Of a stretch of 64,000 nucleotides of DNA, positions 55,390 through 64,000 are shown in pieces. Below the pieces are notes generated by a model. That model was not told the origin of the DNA. It searched no databases and worked only from the letters and a program-made list of their open reading frames with translations. The translations under genes and the position numbers were made by a program. The stretch lies in the NCBI GenBank assembly GCA_963703285.1, contig OY969807.1, positions 64,001 through 128,000 on the forward strand, given 5' to 3'. The stretch comes from an uncultured Nitrososphaerota archaeon. GTDB lineage: Archaea; Thermoproteota; Nitrososphaeria; Nitrososphaerales; Gagatemarchaeaceae. The first letter of the stretch is position 1, and each line of letters opens with the position of its first letter.

Positions 55390-58104
55390 ATGGTAAGCAT
55401 TCTCAAGAACAAAAAGGCGCTCTTGGTTCTCGTAGTTATGCCGTTGTTGGCGATATCATCGCTCGTGGCGGTTCCGCTTGCACAGGGGTCGACGATCACC
55501 ATACCATCGTCCCCGTCGCTCAATAGCATCACGCTCACTTCCTATAACGGTGCAGACTCATCAGGGGTCTCTGACCTTGTGGCTGGGAAGATCCAGGCGT
55601 ACGACTTTGCGGTCACGCCCACCGAGGCGTCAACCGTGCCGTCCACCTTCGACCAGTACAAGGCCCCTGCTTCTTGGTACGGGCTTGAGATTAACCCGAC
55701 CAACACAGCTCAGGGCTACAACCCGTTCCAGCTCCAGGCTGTGAGGTTCGCGCTCAACTACCTCGTCAACAGGAACTACTTCGTAGGAACGTTGCTCGGA
55801 GGCGAGGGGATTCCGACCGTCTCGGTCTTCGGCGGCGAGCCAGACCAACTGATTACGTCCTCGGCGACCGCGCCCTACGCAGGCATCACCTACTCGGTCA
55901 GCACGGCCAACTCCTCGATCTACACTGCGCTGATAGGCGCAGGAGCGACGTTCAAGGACACCTCGACTCCGCAGTGGTACTACAAGGGACAGGCCATAAC
56001 CATCAGCATCTTCGACAGGACGGATGACCCGATCAGGCACACCTTCGACGGCCAACTCGCGTCCGAGCTCAAGTCGATAGGATTCGCCGTCACAGTCATC
56101 CCCGGAACCCTCCAGACAGCCGACACGATAGTCTACGGCACGGACCCGGCGAACGCTACCTGGGACATCTATCCCGCAAGCTACGGTGATGTGTACAGCT
56201 ACTATGACGAAGGCTTCGCAGAGCTCTACGCTCCGATAGCGGGCGCCATCCCGGCCAGCAGCGCACAGGGCCTCGCCTTTGGCACGTATAACGACACAGC
56301 GAAGGAGCAGCCGTCCACGGTCGCGCTTCTGAACACAGCGGACACCCAGGCTCTCAACTTCTTCACGACCAACTTCACGAGCATCACTCAGAGGGACGCA
56401 GACCTCAACACTCTGACGGGGGCGGGGGTGCAAGCCGCAGTCGTGATAGGCATTGCGACATCGCTCGCGCCCTACGACGCATCGCCCTCGCTGCAGGGAG
56501 TCACAGCCAACTTCGTCGACGACCCGATCGACAACGCTCTCTCCTTCCTCACCATGAACACCGCCTCTGGGACGGCCGACATTGGCGTCCGTTACCTGGC
56601 CGAGTCCTCGTTGAACCCGGTGGGCGGATATTCAGACACCTACAGTGTCACCTGGTCCGAAGCGACTTCCTTCCCTCCGGTCTTCTATGAGCCGTCGACT
56701 GGCTACCCGTACACAGTCGGTTGGAGCTTCAATGTGAAGGGCGACAACCCGACTCCGACGATATCGGTCCCGACGAGCGCGGTAGTGATGAACGCCACCC
56801 AAGACAAGTTCGTCAACGTTGCCTCGGGGACGACCGCCAAGACCGCGGTGATAGCCAACTTCGCCCCGATGCTTCAGCAATCCTGGGCGGACGGCCAGCC
56901 TCTGACGCTGGCAGACATCCTCTACCAGTACATCCTTGCCGGTGAGGTCACCCAGAACCCGAACAGCCCTGTGTATGACGGCTACTCGGCTGCGGTCTAC
57001 GGTCCATCCTGGCAGACCGTGGTGGGCCTGCAGATCATCAACGCGACCTCGGTGGAGGTCTACTCGACCTTCTATTATCCAGACACGTACTACGCGGGCA
57101 TCAACGCCGCGGGCGCGCTCTTCGCGTTCACCCCGACCACCGGCGCTCAGGGAATGCTCCCATGGCAGGTCTACGCTGGCATGGCCAGCCTGGTCGCCAA
57201 CGGAAAGGACGTCTGGTCCAGTTCGACGTCTGTCGCAAAGGGCCTGCCGTGGCTCTCTCTGGTCAACCCGACCGACGTCTCCAACCTCAACTCGGCGGTC
57301 ACCAGCTACGCCTCCCAGTCGTACATCCCGCCGGAGTTCGCCTCGCTCCAGACTCTCACCGGAGTCAGCCTCGTGACGGCGACCACAGCGAAAGCAGGAT
57401 TCACCGCGGCCTCGACATTCATAGGGAAGTACGGAAACGGGATAATCGGCAACGGCCCGTTCATCCTAACCGACTACTCCTCTTCCACCTCTCCGGCCTT
57501 CGCTACGCTGACGAAGAACCCGGCCTTCACGTGGGGCAACCAGATGTCTGCGCAGCTAGCACAGGCACCAGTCTTCCTCACCGCAGAGGCGCAGATTCCG
57601 CCGATTGTCTCACCGGGGCAGTCGATCACCGTGACGGCAGTGCAGACGGCCGAAGGCACGGGAGCGACATCGCCCGCCGCAGGCGTCAACGTGACCCTAC
57701 AGATGGTAACGAACGGTGCAGTGGCATACCAGGGTAGCTTCACGACGAGTTCGGCTGGGACAGTCTCAGTGACAATCCCCTCCACCCTCGCCACAGGATC
57801 GTACACCCTCTCCATATACACCGCATCGGCCGGGTCCACGCTGTACAACCCGCTGGTCGAGACGGTGCAGCTAAGTCCAATCACCACCACGACGACCTCT
57901 TCGTCTCCGACCACATCGTCTCAGACGACCACGTCCACGTCCACTACAACGACCACATCCTCTACCACGACGACTACGTCGCTCTCGCCGACCGTGGTGG
58001 GTGTCATCACCCTGGTGGCCCTCGTCGCAACGGCCAGCATCGCAATCGGAACCAGCCGCAGGCGGAGCAACGCAGGAAGATCACAGCCGTCGTCTCTCCT
58101 CTGA
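55390..58104 (+). CDS. oppA: Oligopeptide ABC transporter substrate-binding protein (family 5), membrane-anchored
   Basis: Signal peptide, NPFQLQAVRFALNYLVNR, WADGQPLTLADI, GNGPFIL, Ser/Thr linker and C-terminal TM; divergent from oppBCDF. Confidence 0.88.
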   Translation: MVSILKNKKALLVLVVMPLLAISSLVAVPLAQGSTITIPSSPSLNSITLTSYNGADSSGVSDLVAGKIQAYDFAVTPTEASTVPSTFDQYKAPASWYGLEINPTNTAQGYNPFQLQAVRFALNYLVNRNYFVGTLLGGEGIPTVSVFGGEPDQLITSSATAPYAGITYSVSTANSSIYTALIGAGATFKDTSTPQWYYKGQAITISIFDRTDDPIRHTFDGQLASELKSIGFAVTVIPGTLQTADTIVYGTDPANATWDIYPASYGDVYSYYDEGFAELYAPIAGAIPASSAQGLAFGTYNDTAKEQPSTVALLNTADTQALNFFTTNFTSITQRDADLNTLTGAGVQAAVVIGIATSLAPYDASPSLQGVTANFVDDPIDNALSFLTMNTASGTADIGVRYLAESSLNPVGGYSDTYSVTWSEATSFPPVFYEPSTGYPYTVGWSFNVKGDNPTPTISVPTSAVVMNATQDKFVNVASGTTAKTAVIANFAPMLQQSWADGQPLTLADILYQYILAGEVTQNPNSPVYDGYSAAVYGPSWQTVVGLQIINATSVEVYSTFYYPDTYYAGINAAGALFAFTPTTGAQGMLPWQVYAGMASLVANGKDVWSSSTSVAKGLPWLSLVNPTDVSNLNSAVTSYASQSYIPPEFASLQTLTGVSLVTATTAKAGFTAASTFIGKYGNGIIGNGPFILTDYSSSTSPAFATLTKNPAFTWGNQMSAQLAQAPVFLTAEAQIPPIVSPGQSITVTAVQTAEGTGATSPAAGVNVTLQMVTNGAVAYQGSFTTSSAGTVSVTIPSTLATGSYTLSIYTASAGSTLYNPLVETVQLSPITTTTTSSSPTTSSQTTTSTSTTTTTSSTTTTTSLSPTVVGVITLVALVATASIAIGTSRRRSNAGRSQPSSLL

Positions 58105-58123
58105 GAGTCGACCCATCGTCCAG

Positions 58124-58145
58124 CGGGAGGCTACTCTGCCTCCCG
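58124..58145 (+). terminator. GC-rich hairpin after oppA
   Basis: CGGGAGGC-TACTCT-GCCTCCCG, 8-bp stem, 20 nt after the stop. Confidence 0.4.
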
Positions 58146-58251
58146 TCATTTCATCCTCCATCTAGCGATGACTCTGTCGCTACTACGAGTCCGCTTTCTC
58201 CGTTTTCTAAGGTAGGTCCTAAAATAGGCGGCCGACTTCATCCATCGCAGG

Positions 58252-58866
58252 GTGCCCTGGTTGAACCTCTCCGGACCACTACCGACGGTAGAGACTCCCT
58301 TCGAAATCCTCTCAAAGAAGATGCGGGGGGACGGGGCCGCCTTCGAGGCGCTCCGCGAGCTATCATCACAGTTCCGGATGAGCCTCCAGTCGGGACTCAC
58401 CGGACCCGTACCGGACCAGGTGCTCTCGGCCATTGCCCTGATCAACTTCGGGATGACCCCTGAATCCGTAAGCTCCCTCCTTACCTGGCGGGAGTTCGAG
58501 GGGTTCTGCGCAGGCGTCTTGAGGGCCTACGGATACGGGGTCTCTACGAACATAGTCCTCACCAAGCCCCGCAGGCAGATCGACGTCTTCGCCCAGGCGT
58601 CCACCCTCGCCCTCTGCGTCGACTGCAAGCACTGGGGCAGAACGTTCTCTCCTTCCTCACTCGAGAGGATCGCCAGGGAGCAGATAGAGCGAGCCTCGCT
58701 CTACAAGGAGAAGCGGTCTGTCAAGACGCCAATCCTGCCAATGGTCCTGACCCTCCTCGACGGTCCAGCGAGGGAAACCCTCGGGGTCCCCATCGTCCCG
58801 GTCTTCGCGATGGGGGATTTCCTCGCCTCCGTGAGCCGCTTCGAGTCCGGGCTCGTCATGGTCTGA
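58252..58866 (+). CDS. PD-(D/E)XK nuclease (Mrr/restriction-endonuclease-like)
   Basis: LTWREFEGF...GY...RQIDVFA...VDCKHW. Confidence 0.75.
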   Translation: MPWLNLSGPLPTVETPFEILSKKMRGDGAAFEALRELSSQFRMSLQSGLTGPVPDQVLSAIALINFGMTPESVSSLLTWREFEGFCAGVLRAYGYGVSTNIVLTKPRRQIDVFAQASTLALCVDCKHWGRTFSPSSLERIAREQIERASLYKEKRSVKTPILPMVLTLLDGPARETLGVPIVPVFAMGDFLASVSRFESGLVMV

Positions 58867-58986
58867 GTGTGCGCCCCTCCTGCTGCGGCGCCGACAATCC
58901 CGGAGCGCTGGCGCCCGCGATCGACCAACCCCTAGGAGGACCGACCCCAACCAATGCTTTATAGTTCGTGACGGGTTGGCTGGGCT

Positions 58987-59052
58987 GGGGGCTGTGATGA
59001 ATCAGAGTTACGAGAACCTAAGCGTGACGAGAAGGCATTTGTCTGAGCCTCC
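58987..59052 (+). ncRNA. C/D box 2'-O-methylation guide sRNA
   Basis: Terminal stem GGGGGCT/AGCCTCC, box C GTGATGA (58994-59000), C' GTGACGA (59024-59030), box D CTGA (59043-59046), upstream TATA CTTTATAG; guides complementary to 23S rRNA motifs. Confidence 0.85.
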
Positions 59053-59137
59053 ATCCAACAGACGGCAGCTCGCCCGGATGCGAACCATGCTGCCGGTCAC
59101 CGCCTAGTTTTAAGGCGGGGCCCCCGAGTCGAGCCTC

Positions 59138-59740
59138 ATGAGGGTCCACCCCAACAAGAGGGGAATCAGGGTTCTCGGCATCGCCGAGAGCTTCCGGAAG
59201 GGCGACTCTCGCTCGGTACTCGGCGGCGTGGTGATGAGGTCGGACCTCGTCATAGACGGGATCTCACTCGGCGAGACGACTGTGGGGGGCGACGATGCGA
59301 CGGCCTCGATAGCGGAGCTGTATCGTCGGCTCAAGAGGCAGGACGTGAACGTCTTGATGCTCTCGGGCTGCGTGATAAGCCACTACAACATAGTGGACCT
59401 CGACTTGCTCGCGAAGAAAGTTGGTCGACCCTTGATCTGCCTGACCTACCGGGAATCGTCGGGCATCGAGGACGCCATAACCCGCGAGTTCGGGGCGGCC
59501 ACAGAGAAGCTAGCTCTCTACAGGAAGCTCGGCGAGCGCGTCAGGATGGTGCTCCATACGGGCCACCCCGTCTATGCTCGTCTCGCTTCCATCTCGCGGC
59601 CGGACGCTCTGCGCGTCATAGAATCTTTCGCCCTCCAGGGCGGAATCCCGGAGCCGGTCAGGGTCGCCAAGCTGCTCGCCCACGCCAGGCGCTCCTCGGG
59701 TCAGCCGGGCGTGCGTATGTCGGCGACGAGCTCCAGGTAG
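59138..59740 (+). CDS. DUF99 / UPF0215 (endonuclease V-like) protein
   Basis: IRVLGIAESF, GVVMRSDLVIDG, VGGDDAT, YNIVD, IPEPVRVA. Confidence 0.88.
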   Translation: MRVHPNKRGIRVLGIAESFRKGDSRSVLGGVVMRSDLVIDGISLGETTVGGDDATASIAELYRRLKRQDVNVLMLSGCVISHYNIVDLDLLAKKVGRPLICLTYRESSGIEDAITREFGAATEKLALYRKLGERVRMVLHTGHPVYARLASISRPDALRVIESFALQGGIPEPVRVAKLLAHARRSSGQPGVRMSATSSR

Positions 59741-60528
59741 TGGGGTCCTATCTCTCTGACCCTCCTGCTCGTCCAGCCGTATCCCTCCCCGAGCAACCCT
59801 CGCAGCTCCGTCTGCAGATTGGACGTCGCCTCTGCGACGTCGGCGCCCGAGACGTGCCTGTAGTAGTGTATCCAGCACCCCTTCTTCGCGAGCCGTTGTG
59901 CGACCGCTAGGAACCGGTTCGACTGGGACGGGTGCGGCATGAGTATCCTGTCAAACTTCGTGTCCAGGAGTCCGGGGAGCTCTGCCGCGTCCACGTTCGA
60001 CATGCGCATCCTCGCGACCACCTTGTTGAGCCTGTTGTTCTCGAGGTGCAGTCCGTACGCGGCCCCGTTGAGCTCGTTGCTGTAGACCTCCGCCACCTTC
60101 CTCTTCGCGATGGTGATCGAGAACGGACCTACTCCTGCGAACATGTTCAGCACAGTCTCCCCGTCTTCGACGAGGTCCGCTATCCTCGCCCTCTCGGTCG
60201 AGAGCCGGGGTGAGAAGTAGCACGTCTCGACATCGACCATGAGCCTTAGACCGTTCTCTCTGTGGAGGGTCAGCGTCCTCTCCTCCCCCGCCAGGTGCCT
60301 GAGCCTCCTGAGCCTGAAATCTCCCTCCAGTCCCCCCTCTTGATCGTACACGGCCTTGACGCTCTTCATCGTTGCCAGAATGGCCCGACCGACCGCAGGG
60401 CCAGCCTTCTTGTCTCCAGGCAGCTTCACGATGGCGATGTCACCGATCACGTCTATCCCGGTCTCCAGCGCACCCTGCTGCTCCGGCGGTAGGACGTCCT
60501 TCAGCGAGTCTCTGAGCAGCCTGACCAA
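59701..60528 (-). CDS. trm5: tRNA methyltransferase, Trm5/TYW2 family
   Basis: DVIGDIAI, HRENG, YFSPRLSTERARI, NMFAGVGPF, ELN, FDRILM. Confidence 0.88.
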   Translation of the reverse strand: MVRLLRDSLKDVLPPEQQGALETGIDVIGDIAIVKLPGDKKAGPAVGRAILATMKSVKAVYDQEGGLEGDFRLRRLRHLAGEERTLTLHRENGLRLMVDVETCYFSPRLSTERARIADLVEDGETVLNMFAGVGPFSITIAKRKVAEVYSNELNGAAYGLHLENNRLNKVVARMRMSNVDAAELPGLLDTKFDRILMPHPSQSNRFLAVAQRLAKKGCWIHYYRHVSGADVAEATSNLQTELRGLLGEGYGWTSRRVREIGPHYLELVADIRTPG

Positions 60529-60542
60529 ACGGGCCCCACCCG

Positions 60543-62354
60543 CTACTCCTCCTGCGTCTCCGCCGGAGCGAACTTGGTCACGTAGTAGTATTGGCCCCTT
60601 TCCTTCTGTTCCCTGTCGACCTTGCTGTCGGGCTTGTTGACCCGGGGCCTGCCGCTGTTGATGTCCCTGCGGTAGGTGAGACCGACCTCGTGCAGGAAGA
60701 TGTTCATGCCCTCCTCCTTCCCCATCGGGGCCGTGGCTCTCCCCTCGACCGCGGGCGTTCCGGTGAAAACCAGTATCTTGTCCGAGACCAGGTCGAGGAG
60801 CTGGATGTCATGGTCGATTACCATCGCGCTCTTACCCACCGCCTTGACCAGCCTGCTGATCGCCTTTGCGATCACGAAGCGGTCCTCAACGTCGACGAAC
60901 GCCGATGGCTCGTCGAGGGCATAGAGGTCTGCGTCCTGGGCGAAGGTCGTGACGATGGCCACCTTCTGGAGCTCGCCTCCGCTGAGCTCAGACATGTTCC
61001 TTGCGAGCAGCTTCTCGATCCTGAGCGGGACCGCCAGGTTCGCCTGAAGGTTGGGCTCGTCGAACCCCTTGCCGACCTTCTCTGTGAAGAAGTCCTGAAC
61101 CGTCCCAGAGTAGTCGGACCTCAGGTACTGTGGCTTGTAAGCGATCTTGGCACCCAGGTTGATGCTACCGCTGTCCGGCTTCTCCTCCCCGGCGAGCGTC
61201 CGCAGGAAGGTCGTCTTGCCGAGAGCGTTCGCGCCTATGATGCCGAGCACTACGCCCCTCGTGAGCTCGCCCCCGTGGGCCTGGAGCCGGAAACCGGGGA
61301 AGGTCTTCGTGATGTCAGTGTAGCTGGCCACGACCTCTTCGGACTGCTGGCTTTCCATCGAGGTGGCCGTCTCGAAGGTGATTGCTCTGTCCCTGAACCG
61401 GATGTTCTCCTGGGGCAGCATCCCCTCGAGGAGAGAGTTTATCCCCGTCCGCGACGGGTAGAGCGAAGACACCACACCGTAGGCGCCTGGCTCACCGTAG
61501 ATTATCTGGACGTAGTCGCTCGCGTAGTCCAGGAAGGTGATGTCGTGCTCCACCAGGACGACGTACTTTCCCTTCGCCGCTATCGACCTTATCAGCCTCG
61601 ACACGGCGAGTCTCTGATAGATGTCGTTGAAGGAAGAGGGCTCATCGAAGAGGTAGATGTCGGCGTCCTTCAAGGAGGCAACAGCGACGGCCAACCGCTG
61701 GAGCTCACCTCCGCTGAGTTCGGGCACGTTCTTCTCCAGGGCCTCCCTGAGGGCGAGCTCCCTGACGACGTCGTCCATCGCCCCCGTCTCGTCGACCTTC
61801 TCGAGCAGCGACTTGGCGTCCTTCTTCCAGATCTCGGGGAGCTTGTAGACGGCCTGGGGCTTGAGCGAGACCCTGATCTCTCCCTGTTCTATCCTCTTGA
61901 AGTGCTCCTTCATCTCCCTCCCGCTCAGGTACGCTAGGAACTTGTCCCACGATGGCTCCCTGTCGTACTCCCCCAGGTTCGGGATCAGCTGACCCGAGAG
62001 TATCTGGAGGGCCGTCGACTTGCCCACCCCGTTCCTGCCCACGAGGCCGACGACCTGCCCCTTCCGCGGGGTCGGTAGACGATACAGCCTGAACGAGTTG
62101 ATGCCGTACTGGTGGATCTTGTCCTGCTTGAGCTCCTCGCCGAGGTTGAGGATCGTTATCGCGTCAAAGGGGCAGACCTTGACGCATATCCCGCAGCCTA
62201 TGCAGAGCGACTCGGAGATTACGGCGAGCTTCTCTTCACCGAGGACGATGCACTGCTCGCCGTTGATGTTCACGGGGCAGTCTCTGATGCACTCTAGGCC
62301 ACACTTGTCTGAATGACACAAGTCAGAATCAAGTACCGCAACCCGGTGAACCAA
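60543..62354 (-). CDS. rli1: Ribosome recycling ATPase ABCE1/Rli1
   Basis: N-terminal Fe-S CIGCGICVKVCPF, YGINSFRLYRLP, two ABC domains with LSGGELQ, GRPRVNKPDS. Confidence 0.96.
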   Translation of the reverse strand: MVHRVAVLDSDLCHSDKCGLECIRDCPVNINGEQCIVLGEEKLAVISESLCIGCGICVKVCPFDAITILNLGEELKQDKIHQYGINSFRLYRLPTPRKGQVVGLVGRNGVGKSTALQILSGQLIPNLGEYDREPSWDKFLAYLSGREMKEHFKRIEQGEIRVSLKPQAVYKLPEIWKKDAKSLLEKVDETGAMDDVVRELALREALEKNVPELSGGELQRLAVAVASLKDADIYLFDEPSSFNDIYQRLAVSRLIRSIAAKGKYVVLVEHDITFLDYASDYVQIIYGEPGAYGVVSSLYPSRTGINSLLEGMLPQENIRFRDRAITFETATSMESQQSEEVVASYTDITKTFPGFRLQAHGGELTRGVVLGIIGANALGKTTFLRTLAGEEKPDSGSINLGAKIAYKPQYLRSDYSGTVQDFFTEKVGKGFDEPNLQANLAVPLRIEKLLARNMSELSGGELQKVAIVTTFAQDADLYALDEPSAFVDVEDRFVIAKAISRLVKAVGKSAMVIDHDIQLLDLVSDKILVFTGTPAVEGRATAPMGKEEGMNIFLHEVGLTYRRDINSGRPRVNKPDSKVDREQKERGQYYYVTKFAPAETQEE

Positions 62355-62370
62355 GGGTGCCCACCACCAG

Positions 62371-62934
62371 TCAGTCGTTTCTTAGCTTTTTGGCAATCGG
62401 ACAGAACGCGCAGATTTGAGGGTCGCCCGCGAGGCCGAGGCCGTCGTAGCTGTACTTCCTCCTCGCCTCCCCCCAGATGACATCCTCGCTCCTCTCCCCG
62501 TTGAGGTGCATCGACTCATGCTCTTCGATGATTGGCCTGAGCCTGCAGCCTGAGCAGTACTCCTTCAGAAAGGCGATGCGGCACCGAGTGGAGTTGTAGA
62601 TCATTATCACCGCCGTGCCGCCGGTCAGCCAGGCCATGACGAGGTCGCCCGCGGGCCCTATAGACGCCGAGAGCATGAACCCCATCGTGCCCGTCACCCC
62701 GAGGAGCGAGAGGCCGAGGACCCTCCCTTCTATACCGCTCGGATAGGAGAAGCCTATCGCCCTCTTCGGTATTGAAGAGAAGAAGAGCGGGGGGAACGCC
62801 ATCTTCACCAGGGTCGAGAGGACGACGAACCTGACCTCAGGGTCCGCCATGGGAGCCGACGGAGCGCGCCAAGACACCAGGCTCTTCGCCAACCCTAAGC
62901 ACCGGACCTCATCGAGTCTCGACTTGAGAGGCAT
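62371..62934 (-). CDS. Hypothetical membrane protein with two CxxC motifs
   Basis: Hydrophobic segments, then CSGCRLRPIIEEHE and CAFCP. Confidence 0.55.
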   Translation of the reverse strand: MPLKSRLDEVRCLGLAKSLVSWRAPSAPMADPEVRFVVLSTLVKMAFPPLFFSSIPKRAIGFSYPSGIEGRVLGLSLLGVTGTMGFMLSASIGPAGDLVMAWLTGGTAVIMIYNSTRCRIAFLKEYCSGCRLRPIIEEHESMHLNGERSEDVIWGEARRKYSYDGLGLAGDPQICAFCPIAKKLRND

Positions 62935-63271
62935 TAGACGAGCGCCCTATTTATCCTTGATTCCCCTTCTCTTGATTGTTTTGCTCTAGATATCCAACCA
63001 TCAACCTTTATCACGCTGACTTTGGGGCACCACTGGCGGGACTGACAGCCGATGACGCCGTCGGAGCGCGTGAATTGGAGCGGAGGGTCATGATTCTCTA
63101 TAGATTAGGGAACGATTTCGGAAATTTCCCAAATATCGACCATTGGGCGGCTAACGGCATGGGGTTTGAAGGATCCGATGACCTAGGGGTCGGGAGCACA
63201 GGAGTGCTTCAGCCCCGGCGCCGTGTCGAGTACCACGCCCTCAAAGCGTCTCCGGAATCGATGGGTGACGC

Positions 63272-64000
63272 ATGATGGACCGGTCAAGGCGAATCTTGCT
63301 ACCCGCGACGGTGGTCCTTCTGGCTTCTCTCCTGGTGATGTCTGGGCTTGCAGCCTCCAGGTCCGGGCAAATCGAGACGGCGACCCACGCGATTACGCCT
63401 GGCGAGACCGTCCACATGGGAGGCTCGCCGAGTGCTGCATCGCTCTCCGCAGAGCTCCAGAGGCACCCTCCGGTCCCAACGAACTATGACGAGCAGCTGG
63501 GGATAACCTTCACCCAGAATTTCAATTCATTGGAGTACAACGTGACGGCGGTCGAGCAGGTTGACCCGACCTTGGACACCGGCCCTGGTTACCTTCTCAG
63601 CGGAGTCTCCAGCGTCGGTTACTGGTTCCAGGTCGGCCTCTCCTATAACTGGTCTCCAGGAGACATGCCGGGGACGGGGTTCGCCATGAGCTACGAGGTC
63701 TTCAACTCCCAGGGCAACTCCATCTTCCCCGCCAACGGCGGCGGGGGTCTCACGTCATACTCGGGCACCATCAATCCCGGAGACAATGTGACCATCCAGC
63801 TGTACTTCTCCGCCGGATTCGTCGTCATGGCAGCGCACGACGTTAACACCGGCGCATCTGCAACGGAGGAGTACCCGGCAGGCGGCGCTACATACTTTCT
63901 CGGCCTCAACAGCGATGCAAACGCCGAGGGCTTCTTCACTGGCCTGATGACGGAGTGGTACCACGGCGAGCCCTACTACTCTAACCCGGCGGAGGTAATT
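63272..64000 (+). CDS. Secreted/surface protein, distantly thermopsin-like; runs off window end
   Basis: Manual translation from ATG 63272: signal peptide, YDEQLGITFTQ...GPGYLLSG...GYWFQVGLSYNW...GFFTGLMTEWYH; open to the window end. Confidence 0.65.
   Translation, partial: MMDRSRRILLPATVVLLASLLVMSGLAASRSGQIETATHAITPGETVHMGGSPSAASLSAELQRHPPVPTNYDEQLGITFTQNFNSLEYNVTAVEQVDPTLDTGPGYLLSGVSSVGYWFQVGLSYNWSPGDMPGTGFAMSYEVFNSQGNSIFPANGGGGLTSYSGTINPGDNVTIQLYFSAGFVVMAAHDVNTGASATEEYPAGGATYFLGLNSDANAEGFFTGLMTEWYHGEPYYSNPAEVI

Noticed and set aside
57880-57980. ACC/ACG-rich repeat in oppA
   Set aside because: Ordinary Ser/Thr linker of archaeal membrane-anchored binding proteins.
58252-58866. Restriction-modification system
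   Set aside because: No methyltransferase nearby; a lone nuclease-fold gene among housekeeping genes.
63185-63216. Imperfect hairpin GGGGTCGGGAGCAC-AGGA-GTGCTTCAGCCCC
   Set aside because: Isolated GC-rich stem with no known motif (no SECIS or K-turn context).
1-64000. CRISPR array, tRNA or rRNA genes
   Set aside because: No regularly spaced repeats, cloverleaf with T-loop consensus, or rRNA-like stretch was found by eye in the intergenic regions.

Overview
GC-rich archaeal chromosome segment. Gene content and order (aIF5B with GHVDSGKT, zincin/NTase-kinase pair, LarA-like gene next to pyrE) suggest a deep-branching Nitrososphaerota/TACK lineage; this is inference. It holds a translation/transcription cluster (rpl24e, ndk, infB, rps6e, aIF2-gamma, PIN, rpoE1, spt4, dpck, rps24e, rps27ae), a two-gene slaA/slaB-like S-layer operon, ABC systems, a surface-glycan locus, a type IV pilus locus, lig, ard1, pyrE, tbp, signal peptidase, an opp operon, trm5 and ABCE1. 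The most notable signals are: (1) a free-standing NUMOD3-Vsr/EDxHD endonuclease gene flanked by two recoded copies of the first 14 codons of a glycosyltransferase gene, consistent with a selfish element that rebuilds the gene it interrupts; (2) a 639-aa LAGLIDADG intein in the P-loop of aIF2-gamma; (3) a solo tnpB element whose right end supplies the tbp stop codon, with a reconstructable empty site; (4) an unannotated C/D box sRNA with two guides matching 23S rRNA; (5) an IS1634-N-terminus-like gene paired with a nucleotidyltransferase. Three apparent frameshifts, one in DNA ligase, suggest assembly indels. No tRNA, rRNA or CRISPR array was seen. All product calls come from motif recognition; no database searches were run.
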